Positions 1-10,050 of a stretch of 64,000 nt of DNA are shown piece by piece (within the stretch, counting starts at the first letter, position 1; each line of letters begins with the position of its first letter). The stretch covers positions 48,710 to 112,709 of the forward strand of contig CBDBHR010000010.1 of assembly GCA_965205865.1 (NCBI GenBank), written 5' to 3'. The translations under genes and the position numbers were made by a program. Below the pieces are notes generated by a model. It had not been told where the DNA came from and made no database searches. It saw only the letters and a list, made by a program, of their open reading frames with translations. The stretch comes from a bacterium (GTDB lineage: Bacteria > SAR324 > NAC60-12).

Positions 1-2
1 GT

Positions 3-971
3 TTGCTTATCAAAGGTTGGAATGACCAGTCTCTCGAAATCCATCTTGTCCTCCCCCAAAAGGACGTTGACAAGTCGAGTGAAGGGATTGATCAATATTA
101 CAAAAATAACACTCGTTGCAGCGTTGAATACGAAGTGAATATTTGCCAGCACAATTGCAGGTTTGCTATCGAATCCATTCAACCTGTCTCCAAACAACAA
201 GAGGACAGGCAGAGCAATCAGTACGCCACCGAAATTGAACATGAAGTGACTGAGCGCCGTCTTCTTGGCGGCGACGTCCATATTCAACATCGCGATCAAC
301 GCGGTTGCCGAAGTTCCGATATTTGCGCCTATGACGAGTGGAACGGCATTTTCGAGACTCAATAACCCTTGTTGCAAGAAGATGATCGCCAGCCCCGTCG
401 TCACTGAGCTCGATTGCACCGCGGCCGTAAATAGACATCCTACCAGAATAGCGATTAGCGGATTTTGAGGCTGAATGAGGTAATTGGTCAGCGCCGGTTC
501 ACGCTGCAAAGGTTCGAGCGCGGAAGAAATCAGATTGAGGCTGAAAAAAACGAAACCAAAATAAAATATGGACTTGCCGAATATAGCAATTCTGGAGCGT
601 ATGAATGAGAGCGCAAATCCCAGAATGATGAACACGGGTGCAATCGCTGTGAGCTCGAATGCGACCAATTGGGCAGTAATCGTGGTTCCAATATTCGCCC
701 CAAAGATGATACCTACGCTGTTTTTGAACGAAAGCACTCCCGCATTGACCAGGCTGACGGCAATCACTGAAGTGGCAGAACTAGACTGGATAACAGCGGT
801 TACCAAGGCGCCTATCAGCATGCCTATTACTGGAATTTTCGTCGCCCTGGCGAGAAATTTGCGGAATCTTTCACCAGAAATTTTTTCAATCTCTGAAGAA
901 AAATTTTCCAATCCAAAGATGAAGAGAATGATGGCGGTCAACCCAGCCATTATAATGTGGATATGTTCCAT
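3..971 (-). CDS. Na/Pi cotransporter family protein (3' end runs off the window)
   Basis: Manual translation MEHIHIIMAGLTAIILFIFGL..., two QSSS repeats (VIQSSSATS, VQSSSVTT) each followed by GANIGT; RBS AAGGA upstream; absent from the ORF track because there is no stop in the window. Confidence 0.9.
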   Translation of the reverse strand, partial: MEHIHIIMAGLTAIILFIFGLENFSSEIEKISGERFRKFLARATKIPVIGMLIGALVTAVIQSSSATSVIAVSLVNAGVLSFKNSVGIIFGANIGTTITAQLVAFELTAIAPVFIILGFALSFIRSRIAIFGKSIFYFGFVFFSLNLISSALEPLQREPALTNYLIQPQNPLIAILVGCLFTAAVQSSSVTTGLAIIFLQQGLLSLENAVPLVIGANIGTSATALIAMLNMDVAAKKTALSHFMFNFGGVLIALPVLLLFGDRLNGFDSKPAIVLANIHFVFNAATSVIFVILINPFTRLVNVLLGEDKMDFERLVIPTFDKQ

Positions 972-1289
972 TGTTTCCTTACATCCGAGAGTATTGAGGC
1001 CTTCTGTCGTGTTTTCCGACAACCACGATTATCCCCAGCTAATGTGGTTTGTAGCAAAGGGGCTCTGATGAAACTGATTCAGTGCAGGCTGTTCTTGACA
1101 TGTTCCGGACATCCATCGACTTCATCGTCAGTGAGTCCGTGGAGAGAGATTAGACTGCTGATACCAGCCTTTTCCAAGAGGCGCATGTAGAGTTAGTAGT
1201 CGAGTTTCCCCATCTCAACCGCAGGGAGAGCTTTAAGATTTCTCAATTTTTTTCGGAATGACAGTCTTTGAATGAGTAACACCTAAACC

Positions 1290-2210
1290 TGGAATTGAAT
1301 ATGATTGAGTTTCCCCCCACTCTTTGAAGGTTTTTTTAAAAAAGAATTTGAGAGTTGAATTGATCAGTCCTTGCTCATAAAGGTTTTTCCAAGTCCATGG
1401 AAGATAATCAATTTTGTGATGATCTGATACCCGCTTTCGCGGGCACAAGATTCAAGACGTACTTCTCCCTGGATTTGAAGGACTGATTTACATCTCAGCA
1501 AAATCTATCCACTGGAGTGAAACAAATCCAAACCTCCAACAGCGACCCATGTCATCCCATTGAGCATTGTAAAGTGTTCTTTCCGGAACTCCGGTTCAAT
1601 GTCAATCCACTCGTCCATTTTCCTGCCATTCGGACCGATAGGTGCGCATGGTGGCCGGTTCCCAACGGCGCGATGCGTTACCACTACAAAGGGCCATCCA
1701 GCGCAGCGTGTTGTAATGTATCCGCATTGGATCAAGGCACTTTTGGCCCAAAAATCGTCGGTTTTAATCTGAGCCAGCGCAGTTTGATTTTTTGCTTCCT
1801 CAATCCATGTCTCAAAACCGCCCTGGCCATACTCTTTGTGAGCCTGAATCCAGGGAGTGAGCGCATCAGTGAAAACATAACGAAAAATAACGTACTCTTC
1901 ATCTCAAAAGGGTGGCCATCCCTTTGAGTTCCTCCTCTTTCTCCCTGCGTACGGCCATGAATTTTCTTGACCTCCTATGTCACATTGGTGGGAAAACTCA
2001 CACCCTTCCCAAGCGGGCTGCCCCTTCAGCCATTTTTGGGTTTCCAACAACGAAGACAAGCCCCTTGAGTTTGACCTTGATCAGAAGCCATGGCGTTCTT
2101 GGTCCAGCAAATCCCCCACAAAAAAACTTCACTGTCTCCACGAAAGGAGTGCGGAGTCCGATTTGGAAGGGAGCGAGAAGTTGCGGCAGACGCTCATTGC
2201 TGATAGACAC
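1290..2210 (-). pseudogene. Heavily degraded NADH:flavin oxidoreductase (old yellow enzyme-like) N-terminal part
   Basis: Scattered motifs in different frames: LPQLLAPFQIG, MAEGAA, LPGFRL..MARAVLRHG; many indels. Confidence 0.35.
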
Positions 2211-2399
2211 TCCTTATCGCCAACCCTGAAGAATCTCCTTTGTCTCTCGCAAAATGCAGCAAGGAGATACGAAGCTGCACGCGTTTGTGGATTATATCCG
2301 ACAGACACTCCTTGCTGCTTGACGGATCGTAGGCCGTTTTCACAGTGGAGTCCACGTCAATCACAAGACAAACACCCCATTATTCTGCTTGTCCCACTT

Positions 2400-2883
2400 C
2401 GCAAGCGCCTTACGCCAGATACCACTCGAAACACGGTTCAAGCTCTCCATCTCATTGATGTTTTTCTGTGTGAAAGTACGCAGTATCCGGCCGAATGTGG
2501 TTTCATCCGGAATCCTCAGCCAACCGGCCACACGACTCAAAACATCGTTCCAAATGTCACAATCGAACGAATGAACGGGCGCCACCAACAATGCCGATAC
2601 CGACAAACTTTGACCTGTCCACCGGGTCATTGAGACCCGTGGCGACAACGCCGATAATCGCCTGCTCTGTCTTTGAAACAATCACCTTCTTTGTGAAAAA
2701 ATTTGACAGCGGAATTGCCTGCTTGCGCGGTCATATCTGCCTCCCTGGCTGATATGGAGTTTTTGGAAAGAGACTTGCGCTACCTTTGTTTTTCATGGTA
2801 ATCGGTGAGCTCTTAATGTCTGATTCACTATCCGAGTATTTACCATTTCCATGTTTGAATGACACGTCTTTGAATGAGTAACA
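2400..2883 (-). mobile_element. IS1380-like DDE transposase remnant with left end
   Basis: DVLSRVAGWLRIPDETTFGRILRTF fragment; end sequence GTCTTTGAATGAGTAACA (2866-2883) repeated at 1264-1281. Confidence 0.6.
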
Positions 2884-3097
2884 AGCTATCGAACCGCTTG
2901 TTCTCACAGGTCCACGCGCCTCAGCTCAACTAATTCATCCGGGCTTTGAAGACTATTGAACAATTCCTAAAATTCCGTTACTGTCAATTCAAATATCATG
3001 GGGCAGGTCTCCCGACAATGGGTTCATGTCAGGAAACATCAAACCTACCGGGAAAGTCCCATGGATTCATGCCCTTCTCAATTTCACGCAAATTAAT

Positions 3098-3319
3098 TTA
3101 ACCTGAGTTCGAGATAAGAATTTAATAAATTCAATATGTTATGGAATCTTCATATCTTAGAGAAACCTTGTCATTCCTGCGAAAGAAGGAATCCGGAGGT
3201 ATGCAGCCAGACTGAAATCCGGATCCCCGCTCCCCGCTTTTGCGGGGACAAGTTTCGCGAGGATGACATATGCACTAGGATATTCATATTATTGAAGATT
3301 TATGTCGAACTCAGGTTAA
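3098..3319. mobile_element. MITE-like element with 15-bp perfect terminal inverted repeats and an internal REP-like palindrome
   Basis: TTAACCTGAGTTCGA (3098-3112) / TCGAACTCAGGTTAA (3305-3319); core GTCATTCCTGCGAAAGAAGGAATCC...GGATGAC. Confidence 0.75.
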
Positions 3320-3702
3320 TTTATGCAATCGATGAGACGTCATTGACTGGTATTAAAACGCATGGAATGGATCTTTAGAATAAAAATAAAGGATGTCCAC
3401 TTGGGTCTCGACTTTGAACATTTTATCCAACTTTTGGGTTTAATAAAATCAATGTCTTACGAATCTGTATTGGAATTAATACAGGTCGTATCATCAAAAA
3501 CGGAAAACAGTAACCTGTATTAATTTTTTACAGAATTTCAACCAATTGATATTATTGAATAATGAAAATTAAAAGAATAAATCGAATGTCCAAAGTCCAG
3601 CTTGGGTGATAATTGCTATAAAAAAGTGAAAGAAGGAATGAAACATTTCGAGACAAAACATGAGATATTGACAACTGGGAATTCGCAAAGGAAGGTTGAG
3701 AA

Positions 3703-4728
3703 ATGAGTGCAATGAATAAACAAATCATCCTGCGTCGCACAGTGCAGGGTATGCCGGTTCCGGAAGATTACGAACTTGTGGAAAATCCCATACCGCAACC
3801 GGGGGAAGGGGAGGTCCTGGTTCGTACCATCTATCTGTCCCTGGATCCTTACATGAGGGGAAGGATGGGTAGGGCCGAGGCGGTGGGTCAGGTCTTGATT
3901 GGCGGTGTGGTTGGCCAAGTAGTTGCTTCACGCAATGCGCAATTCCAAGAGGGCCAATTCGTTTGCCAGTACGTGGGAGGTTATGGATGGCAAAGTCATG
4001 GTGTGGCTGCAGGCCCCGAGTTGCGCGTCTTGGACCCGGACCTGGTGCCATTATCCACGACCCTTGGTGTGGCCGGTATGCCGGGGGTGTCCGCTTATTT
4101 TGGCTTGTTTGCGGTAGGGAAACCGGTCTCCGGAGAGACAGTCGTGGTTTCGGCTGCAGCGGGCGCCGTCGGCGCCGTCGTGGGGCAGCTTGCCAAAATG
4201 AAGAACTGTCGGGCGGTTGGCATCGCGGGCAGCGACAAGAAATGCGCCTACATCGTCAATGAACTCGGTTTCGATGCCGCCATCAATTATCGTACCGGAG
4301 ACCTGGCTGCCGGGCTTGCCAAGAGCTGTCCTGGTGGCGTCGATGTTTACTTTGACAACGTCGGAGGACCCGTCTTGGATGCAGCGCTGGCGCAGATCAA
4401 CTCCCGGGCGCGCATCGTGCTCTGTGGTTCCATTTCCGAGTACAACGAGCCTCTTGGCGGGCGACAGGGACCAAGCCTCAACCGCCTCTTGCAGGGAAAC
4501 CTGGCCCGTATGGAGGGATTCAATCAGGGTCAATACCAGGACCGTCACGAAGAGGCCCTGGCTCTGCTCGCCTGGTGGGTGCGCAGCGGCCAACTCAAGT
4601 ACAAGGAAGACGTCATCGTTGGGCTGGAAAATACGCCCGACGCGTTCATAGGCATGATGCATGGCAAGAACTTCGGCAAACTGCTGATTCAGGTTAGCGA
4701 GGATCCTACTCGCTCCAGTGGCGCGTAG
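3703..4728 (+). CDS. NADP-dependent oxidoreductase (MDR, CurA/prostaglandin reductase-like)
   Basis: YLSLDPYMRGRM, SAAAGAVG, DVYFDNVGG, GKNFGKL motifs. Confidence 0.93.
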   Translation: MSAMNKQIILRRTVQGMPVPEDYELVENPIPQPGEGEVLVRTIYLSLDPYMRGRMGRAEAVGQVLIGGVVGQVVASRNAQFQEGQFVCQYVGGYGWQSHGVAAGPELRVLDPDLVPLSTTLGVAGMPGVSAYFGLFAVGKPVSGETVVVSAAAGAVGAVVGQLAKMKNCRAVGIAGSDKKCAYIVNELGFDAAINYRTGDLAAGLAKSCPGGVDVYFDNVGGPVLDAALAQINSRARIVLCGSISEYNEPLGGRQGPSLNRLLQGNLARMEGFNQGQYQDRHEEALALLAWWVRSGQLKYKEDVIVGLENTPDAFIGMMHGKNFGKLLIQVSEDPTRSSGA

Positions 4729-4735
4729 CGTTGGA

Positions 4736-4833
4736 GGAATGCATTCATTCCCGTCGTACCCCTGGTATGGCTGCAGATTCCTTTTCTATTAGGAAGTGCC
4801 GTCATCGTAGAGCAGGTTTTTTCCCTGCCAGGC
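4736..4833 (+). pseudogene. Fragment of peptide ABC permease (DppB/OppB-like)
   Basis: RNAFIPVVPLVWLQIPFLLGSAVIVEQVFSLPG. Confidence 0.7.
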
Positions 4834-4927
4834 AAGGGATGTTTGGTTCGATGCGTAAAAACAAAAAAGGATCAGGGTCAGCGCGATTTGAGAATTCGTG
4901 TTTAGAATTTTCTTATTTTGGCAACAC

Positions 4928-5458
4928 GCCGAAGGCATTCTGCGTAGGGTGAAGAAAGACGAATCCTGGCCGCGCCAAATCCCTTCGATCAGTACAGCCA
5001 ACGATGAACTCCGCGCTTTTTTCACAAAAAGTACGACTTCGATTTTGGGAGAAGATGAGGAACAGATAAAATTATGTATCCCACAGTATCCACCGGTGGG
5101 AAAGCGGATGTTGATCGAGAATGGCTCTTGGTCGCGAGCATTGAAGCGGGAAAAAGTCCATTTTTCCAAATGCGAAATGCGCTGCATCCTGGGGTGTCTC
5201 AAATTGCTGCTGGAAACCGGTCACGCCGCTCTCGACTGCAAACAATCCGTCCATGACATTTACAACCAATGGGTGGACGAAGGGAATCTGCAAAGACCCT
5301 GGGGAGCGCCCCACATGAAAAGCTGGTCCAAAAATAGTAAAGGTCGGATGACCCAAAACTGGCCGTATACCTTGCTTGAGTTCTGGAACCAAACCCAAGC
5401 GCCCAAGAGATCGGATAACAACTTATTCTTTCACGACTGCGAACAAACTTTGAAATGA
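4928..5458 (+). pseudogene. Baeyer-Villiger monooxygenase (4-hydroxyacetophenone monooxygenase-like) C-terminal remnant with internal deletion
   Basis: IPQYPPVGKRMLIENGSW..ALKREKVH joined directly to C-terminal KSWSKNSKGRMTQNWPYTLLEFWNQT. Confidence 0.7.
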
Positions 5459-5465
5459 TTCCAAC

Positions 5466-6350
5466 TCAGTTGACCAGTCCCAGCGTTTTCAGTTTTTGAA
5501 ACAGCTCGCTTCGTTCGGAAGGGGTCAAACTTTGATAGGGCGGACGGGGATCACCGCAATCGACACCAAGCCTTTCGCTGATCACCGCTTTGATGACGGC
5601 TGGAAATCGAGGTGTTTCGGCTAAAACTGCCACCTTAGCGCATTTTTCCTGCGCAGCAATGGCTTCTTTGAAGTTACCGGCCTGGAACGCATCCCAAACC
5701 GCCACCCACAATTCGGGTGCCATATTGGGAGGACCATCGATACACCCTTGCGCGCCCACAGTGAGGGCAGGCAGCATCAAGCGACAATTTCCAATCATGC
5801 AGTTCAGTCCCATGTTGCTGAAATGGCGAACGAATCCCATGTTAAGTGCGGAATGTTTCAGTCCCTCTAGTTGGGGTACCTTATCCTGGATCTTCTGTAA
5901 CAATGCCGGAGTGATTTCCACTTGGGTCGCTTGGGGAAGATTGTAAACAAAAAAAGGCAAATCGGCAGCCCCCGCTACAATGCGGTAATGTTCAACAATT
6001 GCCTCGTCCGACTGCGAGTAGAAAAAGGGCGGTACGCAACAGATTGCGTCAACCCCGCATTTGGCAGCATGTTCCGCCAGCTTGGCTGAGCGGACCGTGG
6101 TCGGGGCGCCCACATGCATGATGTTTTTAATTCTCCCTTGTGCCAGATCTACTGCAATTTCCGCAATGCGACGATTTTCTTCATCGTCCAACAAGATACT
6201 TTCCCCCGTGCCTCCGGCAACCCAGAACCCATGGACCCCGGCTTGGATGTTGAATTCCATCACTTGCCGAAAAATGGATTCGTTCAATTGCCCGTCTGCT
6301 GTCATAGGCGTGATCATGGCGGGATAAACCCCGCTGAATTTTGATTTCAT
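5466..6350 (-). CDS. Dihydrodipicolinate synthase / N-acetylneuraminate lyase family protein
   Basis: GGTGE, YNLP, Schiff-base GLKHS motifs; 294 aa. Confidence 0.92.
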   Translation of the reverse strand: MKSKFSGVYPAMITPMTADGQLNESIFRQVMEFNIQAGVHGFWVAGGTGESILLDDEENRRIAEIAVDLAQGRIKNIMHVGAPTTVRSAKLAEHAAKCGVDAICCVPPFFYSQSDEAIVEHYRIVAGAADLPFFVYNLPQATQVEITPALLQKIQDKVPQLEGLKHSALNMGFVRHFSNMGLNCMIGNCRLMLPALTVGAQGCIDGPPNMAPELWVAVWDAFQAGNFKEAIAAQEKCAKVAVLAETPRFPAVIKAVISERLGVDCGDPRPPYQSLTPSERSELFQKLKTLGLVN

Positions 6351-6564
6351 TTGATTCCTTTATAAGTAGGAGATTATGATCTCCCGAGTCAGAAAATCGC
6401 AAAATTTCAGGTAAATATTTACTACTAATTCAGGCAACTTCAGATGTCAAGTATATTTTTGCTCATTGCTTTCTCATGTAACTTCAACCTGTTATTTATT
6501 CGCCTTCCTGAAGGCATCACGTAGTTTGTTGCTCTGGAGGGATTTCTAAGGAAATTTGAGGAGA

Positions 6565-7338
6565 TCATTGCTCAAGACACAGGCGGAAACCAATGTTGCC
6601 GCTGCGAAATTCCGGTAAAAACTTATCACGATTCCCCGAGCGCAAGTAATTCGGGATGCTGTCCCAACTGCCACCACGAAAGACTCGGAAAAAGCCTGAC
6701 TCAGTCCCCAGGGATTGGCCGCAAAACTCTTCACCGGTGCTGCTCTCGCATGCGCATCCTCGCAGGATTGTTTCCATTGCAAATCTGAAGATTGGTCGGC
6801 CAAATTAGCCGATTGACAAATATCCGCTGTGCTATCGCCCCAATGGTAGATCGTCGTGCTACCTGCGCGTGCCGCATATTCCCATTCTGCTTCGCTGCAC
6901 AACCGGTATTGCTGTTCAGTGGTCTGATTTTTTCAGGCAATATATGCCTGCGTATCATGCCAACTGACACACACCACCGGATGATCGACCCCCTGTGAAA
7001 AACCAGGATCCAGCCAGGTTTTCGTGGGATCTTTCTTCCAATTCTCTCCCGTATGGAAATAACACCCCTCTCCTGGGTCGGATTCACTGGGGTACCCGGT
7101 GGCCTCCACAAACTCCTGAAATTCCCCACAGGGTCACTTCATGGTCCGAAATCAAAAAGTGTTGGCTGATGTGGACGTTGTGGACGGTTATTTCATCTTC
7201 ATCATGCTCCAGGCCGCCCCTCTGGAATTTTTCCGCTTCGATCCGCACAAACGCTAACGGGACCGTTTCCCGGGCAGAAAGCCCGCTCGTTGACAGTGGC
7301 AGCAAAGCGATTATAAAAAAGAGAAAAAATTTTCTCAT
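6565..7338 (-). pseudogene. Formylglycine-generating enzyme (SUMF1/FGE-sulfatase) domain protein, frameshifted
   Basis: Signal peptide, HEVT, HPVVCVSW, EAEWEYAARAG, NPWGL, RVFRGGSW...IGFRL spread over several frames. Confidence 0.85.
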
Positions 7339-7383
7339 AATTTACTACCTTCAGCCCGGGTGGAGTTCCCCTTCAGCCTAAAA

Positions 7384-7500
7384 TTAACCTTTGATTGCTC
7401 CGGCCGTCAATCCGGAAGCGAAATAGCGCTGCAGCCAGATGAAAACGGCCACGACTGGCAGAGAGACAAACAAAAGCCCGGCGGACATCGTCGAGTAATA
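7384..7500 (-). pseudogene. C-terminal fragment of a carbohydrate ABC permease
   Basis: YYSTMSAGLLFVSLPVVAVFIWLQRYFASGLTAGAIKG*; paralogous to 9910-10110. Confidence 0.75.
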
Positions 7501-7537
7501 AAGGTATAAGAAAAAACTTGCTTTGGCTCTCTTATTG

Positions 7538-7551
7538 AACTAAGGTTAGTT
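7538..7551. promoter_or_regulatory. Putative TA autoregulatory operator
   Basis: AACTAA-GG-TTAGTT palindrome 27 bp upstream of the antitoxin start. Confidence 0.55.
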
Positions 7552-7578
7552 TAGTTTAAATCAATGAGGAGAAAAAAC

Positions 7579-7821
7579 ATGAGGTCGATCAACATGCATG
7601 AAGCCAAAACGAATTTATCCCGCATTGCCGAGGAGGTGGCCGCGGGAGAAGAAATTATTGTAGCTAAAGCCGGGAAACCGAAAATGAAATTGGTCCCTTG
7701 GGATCATGGCAAAAAAAAGATAAAGCTCGGCGCTTTAAAAGGGAAGATCCGGATCAGTGAAGATTTTGATGAACCGTTGCCTCAAGAAATGTTGGAGGCG
7801 TTCTATGGATTCCGTCAATGA
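7579..7821 (+). CDS. Phd/YefM family antitoxin
   Basis: INMHEAKTNLSR...GEEIIVAKAGKP; GAGGAG RBS; ATGA overlap with toxin. Confidence 0.92.
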   Translation: MRSINMHEAKTNLSRIAEEVAAGEEIIVAKAGKPKMKLVPWDHGKKKIKLGALKGKIRISEDFDEPLPQEMLEAFYGFRQ

Positions 7822-8201
7822 GAGTGTTATTGGACACGCACATTTTTTTGTGGTGTTTGGCTGAAAGCAAGGATTTACCGAAAGAAGCCCATCAGTTGGT
7901 ATTATCTGCCGATGAAGTGTACGCCAGTACTGTCAATATTTGGGAAATCGTGATTAAGCGTTCGCTCGGAAAACTGGAGCTGACGTTTGACATTCAAGAA
8001 TTGATGAAAGTGACGGCAGAAAGTGGTTTTGAAATGCTGTACATCCAACCGGATCATGCCCTAAAGCTAATGGATCTGGAAAATCATCATAGCGATCCCT
8101 TTGATCGGATGTTGATTGCGCAAAGCCTGGTGGAACCCCTGCATTTAGTGACCCGCGATGCCATCGTGGCCAAATACAATGCTAATATTATTCAAGTGTA
8201 G
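7818..8201 (+). CDS. vapC: PIN-domain VapC toxin
   Basis: LLDTHIFLW, WEI, HSDPFDRMLIAQ, LVTRD. Confidence 0.93.
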   Translation: MRVLLDTHIFLWCLAESKDLPKEAHQLVLSADEVYASTVNIWEIVIKRSLGKLELTFDIQELMKVTAESGFEMLYIQPDHALKLMDLENHHSDPFDRMLIAQSLVEPLHLVTRDAIVAKYNANIIQV

Positions 8202-9876
8202 GTATGGGCCGTTGCACTTGGAGCAAGGTCCCGAGAGGAGGTTGATCGATGCGAGTAAGATGACCGTCCGGCCAAATCACTTCCAAATGCTGTATGTCGT
8301 TGGCTTTGGCGTTGCCCAAACCAAAATGGACGCGGGGCGGAAGGCTGGAGAGATAACCGCTGCTGAGGCGTACCTCACGATGCAGGATCCCCTGGGTGGT
8401 GCGCAAACGCAGCTTTGCGCCAATGGCACGACGATTGGGGGAGCCCTCCCAGTGCAAGGCGACTTCCAAGGCGCTGCCGCCACAAAGTCGATTCTCGAAC
8501 AGGACCGACGGCTTTGCGAGGTTGTTGACCACGATATCCAAATCCCCATCATTGTCCAAATCGGCAAAACTCATCCCCCGTCCGCTCTCGATAGCCCCCA
8601 GGCCCCATTCCGGAGCTGGGATGAAGTGCCCGGTGCCATCATTGCGCAAGGCCTGGTTTTCTTGAACCAATTCATTTCCTGGAAAAGTTGCAAAGATAAC
8701 CGGGTCGAACATGCCATTGACGACGTAGATGTCGACGGCGCCATCGTTGTCCAGGTCCCCGAATTGTAACGACCAGCTCCAGCCGGTGGCATCCACCCCT
8801 GCCTCCCTGCCACGTTCGGAAAAGGCTGAAACGTTGCTGCGGCGCGACTGTAGGGTATTGGCGAGGAACTGGACCCCATCTCCAGACTGCATCGAAACAG
8901 GGCCTTCCAATTCCGGCTGCCAAATGGGGTCTGCCAGGTAGGGCTTCATATCGGTCGCCATGATTTCAAATTTTCCGTCGTTGTCAATATCGCCTTCTGC
9001 GAAGCCCATGGTATTGGAGGTGGTGCGCTCGAAGGGAAAGGCATCCTCCCAGCCCTCCGGTTTGTTGAGGAAGGCCACGTCAGGCGGAGCGAAATCGTTG
9101 CCAACCAGAATATCCCGGCGTCCGTCGGCATCCAGATCAGTTAGCAAGATCGCCAGGGCTTCGGCGGAAGGGAAAAGGAGAAATGCCTTGAAGCTCCCCC
9201 TTTCATTGGTGTAGAGATAGATTCCTCCACCCACCGGAGTGCCAGCAAAAATAGAGCCTAGCCCGAGAGAGTTGAGTTCACGATCATAGGAGCCCCCAAC
9301 CATGTCGAGATCCCCATCATCGTCCAGGTCTCCCCAGGCCATCACAAAGGGAAATTGCCGGTTGATGAAATCTTGTTTGGCGACGCGGGTGAAGTCAGGC
9401 TGCCTGGGATTCCCTCCCGCACGCCAGAAAGAAGGGCGGTTACCGGAGTGGGTGAACACCAAGTCGAGCCGACCGTCGCCATCCACGTCCACCGCATTGA
9501 CGGCGCGTGAACCGTCGGCATCCAGGGATTCGCTCTGAAAACTCAAGCCCCCCTGGTTCCACAGAATGTTCGATGGCACATGTTGCCCGGCCAAGATGAT
9601 ATCGATCTGGCCATCCTCATTGAGGTCCGCCAAAGCCACTCCGGCCCCATGGCCTTGATACAAGCCGATGCGTTCTTTGTCACTGCGGGTCACATGAGGT
9701 AGGCGATGGGGCACGAAGGAACCGCTGCACTGACGTGAATCAATGGACAGGGGTTGAGATTCCTCCACGACGGAAGCTGACGGAGCGCCAGGCCGCATAG
9801 TGGTACACCCTGACAGTACGATTGCTAGACCGAAAAGCGCTATAATTCGACTTTCAATGAACGCGATTCCATCCAT
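8188..9876 (-). CDS. CRTAC1 family lipoprotein (FG-GAP/VCBS repeats + ASPIC/UnbV domain)
   Basis: Lipobox LSGC, multiple DxDxDGxxD repeats, C-terminal GYLS..VHFGLG..EVIWPDG. Confidence 0.88.
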   Translation of the reverse strand: MDGIAFIESRIIALFGLAIVLSGCTTMRPGAPSASVVEESQPLSIDSRQCSGSFVPHRLPHVTRSDKERIGLYQGHGAGVALADLNEDGQIDIILAGQHVPSNILWNQGGLSFQSESLDADGSRAVNAVDVDGDGRLDLVFTHSGNRPSFWRAGGNPRQPDFTRVAKQDFINRQFPFVMAWGDLDDDGDLDMVGGSYDRELNSLGLGSIFAGTPVGGGIYLYTNERGSFKAFLLFPSAEALAILLTDLDADGRRDILVGNDFAPPDVAFLNKPEGWEDAFPFERTTSNTMGFAEGDIDNDGKFEIMATDMKPYLADPIWQPELEGPVSMQSGDGVQFLANTLQSRRSNVSAFSERGREAGVDATGWSWSLQFGDLDNDGAVDIYVVNGMFDPVIFATFPGNELVQENQALRNDGTGHFIPAPEWGLGAIESGRGMSFADLDNDGDLDIVVNNLAKPSVLFENRLCGGSALEVALHWEGSPNRRAIGAKLRLRTTQGILHREVRLSSGYLSSLPPRVHFGLGNAKANDIQHLEVIWPDGHLTRIDQPPLGTLLQVQRPIPTLE

Positions 9877-10050
9877 GTTGCAGATAAACTTGTGGTCACG
9901 GCAACTATTTTAACCTTTTACCGCTCCAGATGTCAATCCGGAGGCATAGTATTTTTGGAATGGAATATAGATAATTGCGATAGGAATGATGATTAAAAGC
10001 AACCCTGCGGACATAGTAGCGTAAAATGTATAATAATTAATGCTATACTC

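Noticed and set aside
3-1068. Plus-strand ORFs 3-365, 265-468 and 568-1068
   Set aside because: Antisense shadows of the Na/Pi cotransporter
1030-1225. Possible sugar isomerase C-terminal fragment (minus strand)
   Set aside because: Too short and interrupted to assign
2879-2935. Degenerate attC-like sequence (TAACAAGCT...CGCCTCAGCT)
   Set aside because: No full hairpin or GTT core; overlaps an IS end
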